From Chloroflexota bacterium (lineage in GTDB: Bacteria; Chloroflexota; Dormibacteria; Dormibacterales; Dormibacteraceae): 64,000 nucleotides of DNA. This document shows, piece by piece, positions 25,722 to 38,451 of the stretch. A program made the position numbers and the translations under genes. Location: the NCBI GenBank assembly GCA_043740835.1, contig JAYUBK010000015.1, forward strand, positions 44,679-108,678, written 5' to 3'. The notes beneath the pieces are model-generated. The model saw only the letters and a list, made by a program, of their open reading frames with translations. It searched no databases and was not told the DNA's origin. How positions within the stretch are numbered: the first letter of the stretch is position 1; each line of letters opens with the position of its first letter.

Positions 25722-26009
25722 ATGAGCAGCACCGTCGAACTAGTTCCGCTCGCGGGAATCGTCCCCCCCCTGAACCACGAGGTCGGCGGTGGGTTCGACG
25801 CCGTTGTGGCCGGTGAGCCCGTCCGGGTACGTGCCGTACTCGAGCGAACCGTCGTCGTCGAGCATCCGGGCAGCGGTGATCGAAGCGTCGTGCGCAAGGA
25901 CCTCTGCATGGTGGACCCAGCCGTGGTCGCCTTCGTTCCGGGCAACCCCAGCGCAGGAGTCGGCCCCCGTCAGTGGCGCCGCCTCCCAGGCAAGCCGCCG
26001 CAGCCCTAG
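25722..26009 (+). CDS. hypothetical protein (95 aa)
   Basis: AAGAGG Shine-Dalgarno 5 nt before the ATG, with high G/C at third positions. An open frame on the opposite strand also looks protein-like but has no start codon. Confidence 0.45.
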   Translation: MSSTVELVPLAGIVPPLNHEVGGGFDAVVAGEPVRVRAVLERTVVVEHPGSGDRSVVRKDLCMVDPAVVAFVPGNPSAGVGPRQWRRLPGKPPQP

Positions 26010-26139
26010 CCGCCGGACGCGACCCGCCGGTTTCTCGATCCGGCCAGGCCAGCCTTCGAATCCCGTCGTTTTTCAGTTGGCGGGCGCTTGCAACCGATGG
26101 TCGACAACTTGGTAGTGGTGATATCATTTCTTTTGTCAG

Positions 26140-26502
26140 ATGCTTGCCAGCTATCAGCCGTCGAAACGCGTCCTGGCGGCATGGATCTTCCTTCTTGCCT
26201 TCGCCCAGCTTGCGGACGTCCTGACAACCGGGGCTGACATGAGCCGGGGGGGCGTCGAGGCCAATGGGCTCGTGGTGCACCTGCTGGCGGTCGGCGGCCT
26301 CGGGCTTGTCGCGTTCGCCAAGCTCCTTTTGGTGCTGGCGATGACCGTCGCGGCCGCCCTGGTTCATGCCTACGCGGTTCGACACCCTGGCGAGACGACC
26401 GACGCGGTCCACGCTTTCCTCTGGAGATCGATGCAGCTCTCGGTGATCGTCCTCGTGCTCGTGGCAGTTCATAACACTGCCCTTCTCGCACAGATTGCAT
26501 AG
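26140..26502 (+). CDS. small polytopic membrane protein (DUF5658-like)
   Basis: Four hydrophobic segments and the motif ..AQLADVLTT......EANGLV.. Confidence 0.6.
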   Translation: MLASYQPSKRVLAAWIFLLAFAQLADVLTTGADMSRGGVEANGLVVHLLAVGGLGLVAFAKLLLVLAMTVAAALVHAYAVRHPGETTDAVHAFLWRSMQLSVIVLVLVAVHNTALLAQIA

Positions 26503-26569
26503 CACCGCGGACAACTTCAGCTTCCGTCCGCGCCGACACGGATCACCTCACGACCGAAGTTGGCGGGAT

Positions 26570-26645
26570 TGGTGCCGAGGGCCAGAATCGAACTGGCGAC
26601 ACCGCGATTTTCAGTCGCGTGCTCTACCAACTGAGCTACCTCGGC
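26570..26645 (-). tRNA. tRNA-Phe (anticodon GAA), CCA encoded
   Basis: Reverse complement reads GCCGAGG-TAGCTCAGTTGGTAGAGCA-CGCGA-CTGAAAA-TCGCG-GTGTC-GCCAGTTCGATTCTGGC-CCTCGGC-A-CCA. Confidence 0.9.
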
Positions 26646-26676
26646 ACGTCGGTCGCCCGACGAAAGAGGACGCTGA

Positions 26677-27438
26677 CTATTCTACCCAGCCCGCCTCCCC
26701 CACCGCGGCCGGCAGCAGGCCCGCGTGAAGCCAGCGGCCCCACATCTCGCTGACCATGCGCCGCGGATCGCTGACAACGCCGAAGCGCGAGAAGTAACGA
26801 GCCAGGTTCTCCATGTCGCGCTGGAGCAGGTCGTACGCGTTGCGATTGAATCGCGGGTCCACCGCCTGCGGGAAGTCGATGATCGTGAGCTTGCCATTCC
26901 AGGCCAGGATGTTTTATTCGGACAGGTCCGAATGCACTCGGTTGCAGGCCAGGAAGAGCTCGACCTGTCGGACGAGTTCGCTGAACCACCGCGCAGCCTC
27001 CTCCGGGTCCGGCCGGACCTGACGCAGGTGCGGGGCGGCTCCCTCCTCGTCACCGATCCAGGTCATCAGGAGTGCGTGCTCAGCGGACCTGATCGGCTTT
27101 GGCACTCGGGCGCCGGCGGCGTACAGGATCTCCAGAGTCTCGAGCTCATGCGCGATCCAGGTCCCGAAGAGGACGTACTTACCAAAGGTGGTCTTCTTGG
27201 CCACGGCTCGCCGGTCGCGTGCCCTCAGCTCTGCGTGGGTGCCCTCCCTGTACATCGAATCGTTTTTAAAAGAGCGCTGGTGGATCGATCGATACACCTT
27301 TGCCCCGATCAACGTCTCACCTGTCGAGCCGGCGGCGGCGCACAGGTAGACGTCCGCCTCCTTCCCGCTTTTCACGGGACGGATTACCTCCTCAATGAAC
27401 CCATCGTCGATGAATGGTTCGAGCTCTTCAACGTACAA
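26677..27438 (-). pseudogene. RIO1-type serine kinase interrupted by one in-frame TAA (26914..26916)
   Basis: VKSGKEADVY, then ..NRVHSDLSE-TAA-NILAWNGKLTIIDFPQAVD... The stop replaces the Tyr of the conserved DLSEYN catalytic-loop motif, and both halves are in the same frame. Confidence 0.8.
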
Positions 27439-27718
27439 CTCGGTCTTCCTCCAAGGGCCGCGCGGACGCGACCGTCTACAGCGACAAAGGTGCTGTGCGC
27501 CTCGGAGGCGAGGAGCGGGCCACCCGGACAGGGTGGAGAGAGGCTCGCGAAGTGGCTAGCGGTTGGCCCTCGAGGCGTGACGTGATCGATGGGACTCCAC
27601 GAAACACACCTCCTTGAACTAACCCTGCGCCGCCGGCCGTGGCGGACCCGACAGGGCGGTAGCTTACACAAAAAGCCGCAACCGTTACAGCACCGGTCTG
27701 GACGCCGTTGTCTCCCTC

Positions 27719-28150
27719 ATGAGAACGAGACTTGCGACGGCCGTGATGGCCGCATTGCTGTCAGTGGCCTGCGGAAGCCCTTCGGCGGGAAGCCCCGGCC
27801 CCGGCTCAACGGCGACGCCAACCCCGATCAGAGTCACCGAGACCGATTTCGGCCAAACGATAAGAGCCTCACAGGGCCAGTCCGTCGAGGTGGAGCTCAT
27901 TGACAGGCGGCCCGTCCCGGGCTCGTCGCTGGTCTGGTCGGTCAGCAGCACCGACGCCGCCGTTCTCGAGTTGAAGTCCGAGCTGCCGGGAGTAGCGGCG
28001 CCGATGAAGGACAGCGTCTACAGGGCGTGGTTCGTCGCGCGCCGGGCCGGCACGGCGAAGATCCATGCGGCCGGTGCCACCACCTGCGAGGCGATGCTCA
28101 AGAGCGGCTGCCCCGACCGGTCCGCGGACGTGACGATCCAGGTCGGCTGA
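27719..28150 (+). CDS. hypothetical lipoprotein (143 aa)
   Basis: Lipobox ALLSVAC followed by a beta-rich domain with a possible chagasin/I42-like fold (weak impression only). Confidence 0.6.
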   Translation: MRTRLATAVMAALLSVACGSPSAGSPGPGSTATPTPIRVTETDFGQTIRASQGQSVEVELIDRRPVPGSSLVWSVSSTDAAVLELKSELPGVAAPMKDSVYRAWFVARRAGTAKIHAAGATTCEAMLKSGCPDRSADVTIQVG

Positions 28151-28172
28151 GGAGTGGCTTCGTGCTCGACGT

Positions 28173-28248
28173 TGGTGGGCGGTGAGGGCTTCGAACCCCC
28201 GACCTCCTGGGTGTAAACCAGGCGCTCTACCAATTGAGCTAACCGCCC
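28173..28248 (-). tRNA. tRNA-Val (anticodon UAC), CCA encoded
   Basis: Reverse complement reads GGGCGGT-TAGCTCAATTGGTAGAGCG-CCTGG-TTTACAC-CCAGG-AGGTC-GGGGGTTCGAAGCCCTC-ACCGCCC-A-CCA. Confidence 0.9.
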
Positions 28249-28287
28249 CGCAAATCAACCGCCCGGCGAAAGTCTACGTAGACCGCC

Positions 28288-29514
28288 TCAGGAGATTGGC
28301 TTCGACAGCAACTGGAGCGCCGCATTGAGCTGCGTGTCCTTGTCGTGCGCCGTCGAGGTCTGGCTCACATCGAACATGTCGCCGGGCGCCCCAAGCGAGA
28401 CCGCGACGTTTGGGTCGAGGCCGTTCTTTTCCACCGACGAGCCGTCCGGCAGGAACCACCTGCGGATCGTTATGTGAAGATCGGACCCGTCCGGCAGCGG
28501 GAAGTCCTGCTGGACGGAGCCCTTGCCGTAGGTCTTGACGCCGACAAGGCGCGCGCGCTGGTGGACTCGAAGCGAACCCGAGACCATCTCCGAGGCTGAC
28601 GCCGTGTTGGCGTTGACGAGGACGACGACGGGCGTCGTGGCCGCGGGGTGATCGCCGATGACGTCATGGCGATCGACCTGCCCGGAATGATCGCGGAGCT
28701 CGAAACACTCCCCGCTGCTCACGAACTCGGAAATCACCCTCTGCGCGGCGTCGATGAACCCGCCGCCGTCATCACGGAGATCGAGGACGATCCCCGGCGT
28801 CGGCTCGGTCAGTGCGGCCTTCAGCTGCGCGTCGAAATCCTTCGCAGTGTTCTCATCGAACGTGTAGACCCGGATGTAGAGGACCCCGCCGTCGAGGCGG
28901 GTCGCGCGAACCGAGGGCAGAGCGATCGCCTGGCGGGTGATGGTCACCTCCAGCGTCTGATCACCCCTCTTCACCTTAATCACCACTTTCGACCCTTCCG
29001 GTCCCCTGATCAGCGCCGACGCCTGGTCGGCGGTGAGGTTGTGGGCATCGTGGCCGTCGATCGACAGCACGACGTCAGCCGCCATCAACCCCGCCTTCAA
29101 GGCGGGCGAGCCGGGGAAAACCTGGACGATGACCGGGAACTCTCCCTTGAAGCTCACCTCGGTGCCGATGCCCGTGTACTTACCGGCGTAACTGTTGAGC
29201 TGACGCCTGTACTCGGCAGGGTCGAGGTAATACGAGAAAGGGTCGTTGAGCCCCTGAATCAGACCCTTGACCGCGGTGTGGGAAAGATTGTCGTAATTGA
29301 TTTTGGGGTCGTAGTAGTCGGCCTGGAGTATCTTCACCGCCCTGTCGAAGGTCGCCCGGTCCAAGGTGCCCGATGAGCGCTGGGCGCCGACAAGCGGGAC
29401 GTACGCGGGGAAGGCCTGGTCGGCATAGATGCCGCCGGCGGCGCCGATCGCGAGTGAGGCAAGGAGACCCGCGATGAGGCCGGCGATGCGCCGCAGCCGG
29501 CGGCTCGGTTTCAG
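28288..29514 (-). CDS. ctpA: C-terminal processing peptidase (S41 family, PDZ domain)
   Basis: PDZ domain (..GIGTEVSF....VFPGSPALKAGL..) and S41 core (..GGGFIDAA.., ..VLVNANTASASEM.., ..TYGKGSVQ..). The N-terminal anchor KPSRRLRRIAGLIAGLLASLAIGAAGG is encoded in frame upstream of the first canonical start (TTG 29364). A CTG at 29514 is proposed as the start. Confidence 0.8.
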   Translation of the reverse strand: MKPSRRLRRIAGLIAGLLASLAIGAAGGIYADQAFPAYVPLVGAQRSSGTLDRATFDRAVKILQADYYDPKINYDNLSHTAVKGLIQGLNDPFSYYLDPAEYRRQLNSYAGKYTGIGTEVSFKGEFPVIVQVFPGSPALKAGLMAADVVLSIDGHDAHNLTADQASALIRGPEGSKVVIKVKRGDQTLEVTITRQAIALPSVRATRLDGGVLYIRVYTFDENTAKDFDAQLKAALTEPTPGIVLDLRDDGGGFIDAAQRVISEFVSSGECFELRDHSGQVDRHDVIGDHPAATTPVVVLVNANTASASEMVSGSLRVHQRARLVGVKTYGKGSVQQDFPLPDGSDLHITIRRWFLPDGSSVEKNGLDPNVAVSLGAPGDMFDVSQTSTAHDKDTQLNAALQLLSKPIS

Positions 29515-29622
29515 CGCCCTGCCCCCCGAGTAACTATTTCACCGCCGCCGAGCCCGAGGCTGCGCCATCCCCGGCTGAGCCGGGCATCCCTTCCCTTTGG
29601 GAGCTCCGCGCTCAGCAGTTGC

Positions 29623-30831
29623 TCAGCAGCCCAGCCAGGCGCAGGGATTGCGGTACTCGCCGTTGTAGCGGATCTCGAAATGGAGGTGCGGGCCTGTTGA
29701 GTTGCCGGTGCTGCCCTCGTACGCGATCACCTGACCACGGTATACCAACTGTCCGTTGCGGACGGTGAAGGAGGCGAGGTGGCCGTAGAGGGTTGCGTAG
29801 CCATTGCCGTGGGTGAGGATCACGTAGTTGCCATACCCGTACCTGGTCGAATACACGGCGGCGACGCCGTTGTCGGCAGCCAAAACCGGGGTCCCGGGGG
29901 GCTGGGCGAGGTCGATGCCACTGTGGAAATGCTTGCTGGGACAGGAGGGCCAGTACATTTCGAATTGATAAGGGCTGCAGCCGAAGCCCTGGCTCAGCCA
30001 ATGGGGGTTTTCGGGCCATCCGAAGACCCCGGTGCCACCACCCGAGGCGGCCGCCTCGGCGTCGTAGGCCGCCTGTAACTGCTTGACCTGATCTGCTGCG
30101 TCGGCGATGGCGCGGGCCATGTCGTCGGCCTGCTTCTTGTACTGGGACTCGAGCTGAGCCTGGTAGGCGTAGGCATCCTGCTGTGCCGCCCTGACGGCTA
30201 CCAGGTGGGCCTTGGCGGTCTTCTGCTGATCCAGCAGTTGCGCCTCCTCGGCGCGTCTTGAGACCAATGAATCCTTGAGGGCCTGGATCCGCGTCTTTTC
30301 AGCCTCGAGGTCGGTAATGAAGCGATGGTCGGACTGAACGATCTGCTGGGTCAGAACGATTCTGTCGATGAGTTGGTTGAAGCTCGCTGCCGACAGCACA
30401 AGCGCGAGATAGTTGATCGAGCCGTGCTTGTCCATCGAGCGCACCCGCTGGCCGAACAGCTCCTGCCGGACCTCGAGGTGGGCCTGGCGGCGGGTGATGT
30501 CCGCCTCCGTCATCCGCACGCTGCGATCCAACTCGTCGATGTCCGCCGCCGTCTTGTCGATGACCGCCTGCTGCGAGATCACCTGCTGGTTCAGCGAGGC
30601 GATGTAGGCGTTGAGTGCCTTCATCTGCTGTTCCGTGTCCTTGATCTTGGTCTGGATCTCGGCTAGCTGCCTTTTCTCTGCCGCCTGCTGGTTCTGCGCG
30701 TCGACGAGCGCGTTACAGATGTCGTCATATGGGGAGCAGTCGAGAGCCCTGACCGGCTGGGCGAGAGCAAGACTGCCGGTTGTGGCGAGGAGCGCCACCA
30801 GGGCCGCCGCGCGGGCCCGCAGCGTGATCAC
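29623..30831 (-). CDS. M23 family metallopeptidase with N-terminal coiled coil (EnvC-like)
   Basis: About 250 aa of coiled coil followed by HSGIDLA....GNYVILTHGNGYATLYGHL....GSTGNSTGPHLHFEI. GTG at 30831 overlaps the ftsX TGA (GTGA). Gene order is ftsE-ftsX-envC-like. Confidence 0.85.
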   Translation of the reverse strand: MITLRARAAALVALLATTGSLALAQPVRALDCSPYDDICNALVDAQNQQAAEKRQLAEIQTKIKDTEQQMKALNAYIASLNQQVISQQAVIDKTAADIDELDRSVRMTEADITRRQAHLEVRQELFGQRVRSMDKHGSINYLALVLSAASFNQLIDRIVLTQQIVQSDHRFITDLEAEKTRIQALKDSLVSRRAEEAQLLDQQKTAKAHLVAVRAAQQDAYAYQAQLESQYKKQADDMARAIADAADQVKQLQAAYDAEAAASGGGTGVFGWPENPHWLSQGFGCSPYQFEMYWPSCPSKHFHSGIDLAQPPGTPVLAADNGVAAVYSTRYGYGNYVILTHGNGYATLYGHLASFTVRNGQLVYRGQVIAYEGSTGNSTGPHLHFEIRYNGEYRNPCAWLGC

Positions 30832-31724
30832 AGGCGGACGAACCGTCTGACCCCGATGTAGCTGCCGAGTGCGCCGAGCAGGGCGCCGGTCCACAGGAGG
30901 TCCTTTGCAAGGTCACCCGTGAATGCAGGGTCGTAGCTGAGCGGGATGAAGAAGAGGTCGGAGTGGAAGCGGTCGACAAAGGGCCGGTAGACGAGAAGCA
31001 ACACGCCCAGCGCAAGACCCCCGGCCAGGAGGCCGGTGAGGATGCCCTCGATGACGAAGGGTCCGCGAACGAACCACTCGGTGGCGCCCACCAGCTTCAT
31101 TACCTCGATCTCCTGGCGGCGGTGATAGACGGCCGTGCGGATCGTGTTCATCACGATGAAGACGGAGATGAAGAGGAGGACGGCCAGGATGACCAGCCCC
31201 GTCAGCGTGATCCAGTTCGAGAGCCGGAGCATGCGAGCTATGAAGTCGCCCTGGTAGTCGGTGGGATCGGTCCGGTCGGCGCCGCGCCAGGCACGCGCCT
31301 GCGCATCGATGGCAGCCACGTCGCTCAGCCTATGGACACGCACCTCGAGTTTGGCGGCCAGCGGGTTGCCCTGGACCTGCTGGGCAATCCCGGAGTTGGC
31401 GGGATCGGAAGAGAAGCGGTGAAGCTCCTCTTCCTTGGATACGAAGGTCACTCCGGCAACGCGGGGGTCTGCGCGCAGCTGGTCTTCAAAGTCCGCGACC
31501 GTCGCCAGGGGCGTCAGGTCGGAGACGCTGATGGAGATCACGCTGACACGGGTGCGGTACTGGTCAAAGACCGATCCAAGGGTGTGCCCGAGAAGCAGGT
31601 TCAGGCCCGCCATCGAGAGGATGAGGGTGATCGTGCCCACCGCCGCGACGCTGACCGCAGCGTTGCGCCAGAAGCTCGACCAGGCGCTGTTAAGCGCGAA
31701 GACCAGATGCCGCCAGAGCTTCAT
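30828..31724 (-). CDS. ftsX: cell division permease FtsX
   Basis: Four-TM topology with a large first periplasmic loop. Lies directly downstream of ftsE. Start is either ATG 31724 or 31781. Confidence 0.85.
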   Translation of the reverse strand: MKLWRHLVFALNSAWSSFWRNAAVSVAAVGTITLILSMAGLNLLLGHTLGSVFDQYRTRVSVISISVSDLTPLATVADFEDQLRADPRVAGVTFVSKEEELHRFSSDPANSGIAQQVQGNPLAAKLEVRVHRLSDVAAIDAQARAWRGADRTDPTDYQGDFIARMLRLSNWITLTGLVILAVLLFISVFIVMNTIRTAVYHRRQEIEVMKLVGATEWFVRGPFVIEGILTGLLAGGLALGVLLLVYRPFVDRFHSDLFFIPLSYDPAFTGDLAKDLLWTGALLGALGSYIGVRRFVRL

Positions 31725-32430
31725 GGTACCCCCCCGTCCGATCGTCTCGGACGATCTGACCCCCCTCGAGAGCCACCACACGGCGGCGGAGGAGATCGAC
31801 GATATCGCGGTTGTGGGTTGCCATCACGACGGTGGCGCCCCGGTGATTGATCTGGAGGAACAGCTGCATGATCTCCCAGGCCGTTGCTGGGTCGAGGTTG
31901 CCAGTCGGCTCGTCGGCGACGATGAGGCGCGGAGCATGGACGAGCGCCCGGGCGATGGCAACACGCTGCTGCTCTCCGCCGGAGAGTTCGCGCGGGTACT
32001 TCTGCAGCTTCTCGGAGAGACCCACGGTCTCCATCGCCTCCCCGACCCGGAGGCGGATCGCCCTGCTTGATTCGCCGAGAACGCGGAGGGCGAAGGAGAC
32101 GTTCTCGTAGACCGTCAGCTTCGGCAGGAGCTTGAAGTCCTGGAACACGAGTCCGACCTTGCGCCGGTAGTACGGCAGGTGGCGGCGCTTCATGCGCCCG
32201 AGCTCCACGCCGTCTACGAAGATCTTGCCCCGGCTCGACTTTTCCTCACGGATGAGGAGCCGAACCAGCGACGATTTGCCGGCGCCGGACGGGCCGACGA
32301 GGAAGAGAAAGTCCCCCTCGGGCACGGACAGCGAGACGTCTCGCAGGGCCTCGGTGCCATTGGGGTAGCGCTTCCAGACGTGCTGGAAGGAAATGATGGG
32401 TTTGGGTCCGAAATCGCCTTGTAAAACCAT
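31690..32430 (-). CDS. ftsE: cell division ATP-binding protein FtsE
   Basis: Walker [13 protein letters not shown] signature [15 protein letters not shown], and Walker [13 protein letters not shown]. Confidence 0.95.
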   Translation of the reverse strand: MVLQGDFGPKPIISFQHVWKRYPNGTEALRDVSLSVPEGDFLFLVGPSGAGKSSLVRLLIREEKSSRGKIFVDGVELGRMKRRHLPYYRRKVGLVFQDFKLLPKLTVYENVSFALRVLGESSRAIRLRVGEAMETVGLSEKLQKYPRELSGGEQQRVAIARALVHAPRLIVADEPTGNLDPATAWEIMQLFLQINHRGATVVMATHNRDIVDLLRRRVVALEGGQIVRDDRTGGYHEALAASGLRA

Positions 32431-32571
32431 TGCTGAAATGTGAGATGCGACGTGTGGTGAGACGAGGGAGGGCAGAAATTCCTGCTGGGGGCGAGTATAG
32501 GCCTCCGGTCGCGGTGGGTCAAACGAGATGCTTCAAATTGGGCCGTGGATCGAGTCCGCCATTCCCCTTCC

Positions 32572-33662
32572 TCATTCCTTTTCCTGTCCCTCCGACAGCT
32601 TCCAGCGCAGCCACGCCTCAATGAACGGATCGATCTCCCCTTCGAGCACGGCCTGCGCATTCCCGATCTCCTGCCCGGTTCGGACGTCCTTCACAAGGGT
32701 GTAGGGCTGGAGAGTGTAGTTGCGGATCTGGCTGCCGAACTCCGCCGGCAGCATCTGGCCCTTGATGTCGTCGAGCTGCTTGAGGTTGATGAGCCGCTGC
32801 CGTTCGTAGAGGCGCGCCCGCAGCATCTTCATCGCGATGTCGCGGTTCTTGATCTGGGAGCGTTCGTTCTGGCAGGTGACGACGATGCCGCTCGGCAGGT
32901 GCGTGATACGGATGGCTGACTCCGTCTTGTTTACGTGTTGCCCGCCGGCCCCGCTGGCTCGGTAGGTGTCGATCTTGAGTTCGTCCGGGTTGATGACGAC
33001 GTCGACCTCGGTCTCCTCAAGCTCCGGCATCACCTCCACGAGGGCGAACGACGTGTGCCGGCGGTGGTTCTGGTCGAAGGGGGATATCCGCACCAGCCGG
33101 TGCACGCCGTGCTCAGACCGGAGCAGACCATAGGCGCGGGGACCGCTGATCTGGATGGTCGCGCCTTTGAGTCCCGCCTCCTCCCCGGGAGCCGCTTCCA
33201 GCACCTCCGTTTCGAAGCCGCGCAACTGCCCCCACTTGAGGTACATCCGCATGAGCATCTCGACCCAGTCCTGGGAGTCAACGCCGCCTGCGCCCGCGGA
33301 AAGCGAGACGAGCGCGTTGTTGTTGGCGTACTGGTCGGTAAAGAGAAGGTCAAGCTCTCGCGAGCTCAGCTCCCGGGCAATAGCCGCCCCCTCCTCAACC
33401 AACTGCTCGGCCAGCTCGGGGTCGCCCAACTCGAAAAGCTCGACGTTGTCGCGGGCGCGCGCCTCCAGCGACTCCCAGAGCTCGAGCTCCTCGCGGAGAG
33501 CGCTTGCCTCGCGACCTAGCCGGCCTGCCTGCGCGGGGTCATCCCAGACCCCGGGGCGGCCGAGCAGCCCGTCGAGCTCGACCGCGCGCTTTGCCTTTGC
33601 AGGCAGGTCAAAGATGCTCCTTCAGCTGGGTGATTCGGTCCAGCAGCTGTTTTGGGGAGTAC

Positions 33663-33673
<11 letters not shown>
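32572..33673 (-). CDS. prfB: peptide chain release factor 2, requires programmed +1 frameshift (join 33673..33611, 33609..32572)
   Basis: Frame 0 reads MDAEYSPKQLLDRITQLKEHL then TGA. After a +1 shift it reads DLPAKAKRAVELDGLL... The SPF and GGQ (SGAGGQHVNKT) motifs are in the long frame. Confidence 0.95.
33605..33624 (-). promoter_or_regulatory. RF2 autoregulatory +1 frameshift site
   Basis: Minus strand reads AGGAG-CAU-CUU-UGA-C: an internal SD-like element, a 3-nt spacer, slippery CUU, and UGA in a weak C context. This matches the canonical prfB site. Confidence 0.9.
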
Positions 33674-36323
<2,650 letters not shown>

Positions 36324-36512
36324 AGTGAAGTATTGAGTCTCCCTCAGATTGCTTGTTCTTTCGTTACGGAATTTAGCGGGTCGGGGAAATCACGGAGGTC
36401 CCTTTGTGCGGGCGACAGATCCCAGCGCGAAGAGAAAATGGGCGCTTCCCCGTGCTCACCGACAGCGGACCGCCGCGCCAACCCCGAGGTGGTATTTACC
36501 CCGCGGGGGGCG

Positions 36513-37655
36513 CTACCAAGCCTTCTTGCCCTGCGCAGCGAAGCGCGGATCGGGGAAAAGCATCTGGATCTCGGCCGGGAGCTGAAGCCCCATCGTGAAC
36601 ATCCGGTCTAGGATCTGGGGCCGGATACCGGTGGGCTTGAACTGGCCCACGATCTTCCCGTCCGCCCCTGCGCCCTGCGACTCAAAGACGAAGATCTCCT
36701 GCATGGTGATCGTGTCGCCCTCCATGCCGGTGACCTCGGTGATGCTTGTGACACGGCGCGAGCCATCGCGGAGGCGGTTGAGCTGGACGAAGATGTTGAT
36801 GGCGCCCGCGACCTGCTGGCGAATTGCCTTTACCGGAAGGTCGATGCCCGACATGAGCACGAGCGTCTCGAGACGGGCAAGCGCGTCGCGGGGGCTGTTG
36901 GCGTGGACTGTCGTCATTGAGCCGTCGTGACCGGTGTTCATCGCCTGGAGCATGTCCAGCGCCTCACCACCGCGGCACTCGCCGACGATGATCCGCTCCG
37001 GGCGCATGCGGAGGGAGTTGATCACCAGCCGCTGGATGGTGACCTCGCCCTCGCCGTTGATGTCCTTGGGCCGCGTCTCCAACCGGCACACGTGCTCCTG
37101 GTGGAGTTGGAGTTCAGCGGCATCCTCGATCGTGACGATCCTGTCCTCCGCCGGAATGAAGCTGGAGAGCACGTTCAGGAAGGTCGTCTTGCCGGTGCCT
37201 GTACCACCCGACACGACGACGTTTGCCTTCGCCATGACGCAGGCCTTCATGAAGCCGAAGCCAGACTCGGTGCAACTTCCAAATCGAATTAGGTCCTCGA
37301 CCTGGAGTGGGTCCTTTGCGAACTTACGGATTGTAAGCAGCGGCCCGTCGATCGCCAGTGGGCGGATGACTGCGTTGACGCGGGAGCCGTCGGCAAGGCG
37401 GGCGTCGGCCAGCGGGACGCGCTCGTCGATTCGGCGTCCGACCGAGCGGACGATGAACTGGATGACGTTGAGCAGCTGCTCCTCGTCGGCGAACTTGATG
37501 CCTGTGAGGACCACCTTGCCGCCCATCTCGACGTAGACATGGTCGATGCCGTTGACCATGACCTCCGTTACGCGGTCGTCTTCGATGACGGGCTGGATGG
37601 GCCCGAGCTGGGTGTAGTACTCCTGAAGATCGATGCCCGGTATTCGAACTGCCAT
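36513..37655 (-). CDS. short CpaF/TadA-type secretion ATPase paralog (380 aa, lacks the long N-terminal region of the locus CpaF)
   Basis: VSGGTGTGKTT Walker A, ..IVTIEDAAEL.., ..RPERIIVGECRGGEA.. and ..MNTGHDGSMTTVHANS... Strong similarity to ORF 42157..43716. Confidence 0.85.
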   Translation of the reverse strand: MAVRIPGIDLQEYYTQLGPIQPVIEDDRVTEVMVNGIDHVYVEMGGKVVLTGIKFADEEQLLNVIQFIVRSVGRRIDERVPLADARLADGSRVNAVIRPLAIDGPLLTIRKFAKDPLQVEDLIRFGSCTESGFGFMKACVMAKANVVVSGGTGTGKTTFLNVLSSFIPAEDRIVTIEDAAELQLHQEHVCRLETRPKDINGEGEVTIQRLVINSLRMRPERIIVGECRGGEALDMLQAMNTGHDGSMTTVHANSPRDALARLETLVLMSGIDLPVKAIRQQVAGAINIFVQLNRLRDGSRRVTSITEVTGMEGDTITMQEIFVFESQGAGADGKIVGQFKPTGIRPQILDRMFTMGLQLPAEIQMLFPDPRFAAQGKKAW

Positions 37656-37733
37656 TTAGTCCTCCCTGGGATTGTGTCTGGAACTATAACGTCGGGGCCC
37701 GGCAGTTCGGCGACAAATGGGCGGCGACCTCAA

Positions 37734-38414
37734 TCAAAGCTGGACTCGTGCGACGGTGAGGCCGGTCACGAACCCTGCGCCGGCTGCGCGCAGGGCCTTG
37801 GCGCAGGCGTCGAGAGTGGCCCCGGTGGTTGCAACGTCGTCGATGAGGATCACGGACCGGCGGCCGAGATCCTGACCTCGCCAAGCGAAGGCGCCCGCCA
37901 CGTTGACGAGGCGACACCGCCTGTCGAGGCCCACCTGCGCACCCGTGTCCCGCGTCCGCACGAGACGGCCGGGACCGCAGGGGAGAGCGAGCCGGCGAGC
38001 AAGCTCGGCCGCCAGCAGTTCGGACTGGTTGTAACCCCGCTCCCATTGGCGGCGCGGGTGGAGTGGCACCCAGGCGACGAGCTCGCCGGCGGGGCCGTCC
38101 ACTGCGAGGCGATCCGCGAGCAGCTCCGCCAACGGCTTCGCCAGGGGGCGCCGGCCCTCGTACTTGAAGCGGTGGATGGCCCTCTCCAGGGGCCCCTCGT
38201 AACGGGCGGCGCTCCGCAGCCGGCCCAGCGAGTGAAGCCTGTGGCGACACCCGCAGCGCGCCTTCGCGAACTCGACCTCGGCTCCGCAACGTCTGCAGAG
38301 CGGCTCGCGGAGGCGGTGCGTCCGCAGGCGGCAGCGCTCACAGTAGAGAGCGCCGAACTGGCCACAGCCTCCGCAACGGACCGGCAGGAGAAGGTCGAGA
38401 AGGCGCTCGAACAT
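37734..38414 (-). CDS. comF: ComF family protein (ComFC-type phosphoribosyltransferase with N-terminal zinc finger)
   Basis: LLLPVRCGGCGQ....YCERC.., ..RAIHRFKYEG.. and the PRTase motif ..VILIDDVATTGATL.. Confidence 0.8.
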   Translation of the reverse strand: MFERLLDLLLPVRCGGCGQFGALYCERCRLRTHRLREPLCRRCGAEVEFAKARCGCRHRLHSLGRLRSAARYEGPLERAIHRFKYEGRRPLAKPLAELLADRLAVDGPAGELVAWVPLHPRRQWERGYNQSELLAAELARRLALPCGPGRLVRTRDTGAQVGLDRRCRLVNVAGAFAWRGQDLGRRSVILIDDVATTGATLDACAKALRAAGAGFVTGLTVARVQL

Positions 38415-38451
38415 GCACGCTTCACGTTAAGGGGCCGGTCAACTCCTGCCG

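Noticed and set aside
26020-26100. tRNA-like TTCGAATCC string near 26045
   Set aside because: No flanking T-stem, acceptor stem or anticodon arm can be drawn.
25708-26539. 268-aa and 177-aa minus-strand ORFs
   Set aside because: Arg-rich translations antisense to the DUF5658-like membrane protein gene and the 95-aa ORF. A third minus-strand frame across 25740-26000 looks protein-like (..GDHGWVHHAEVLAHD..LEYGTYPDGLTGHNG..) but has no ATG, GTG or TTG start, so the plus-strand ORF with an SD was preferred. This remains uncertain.
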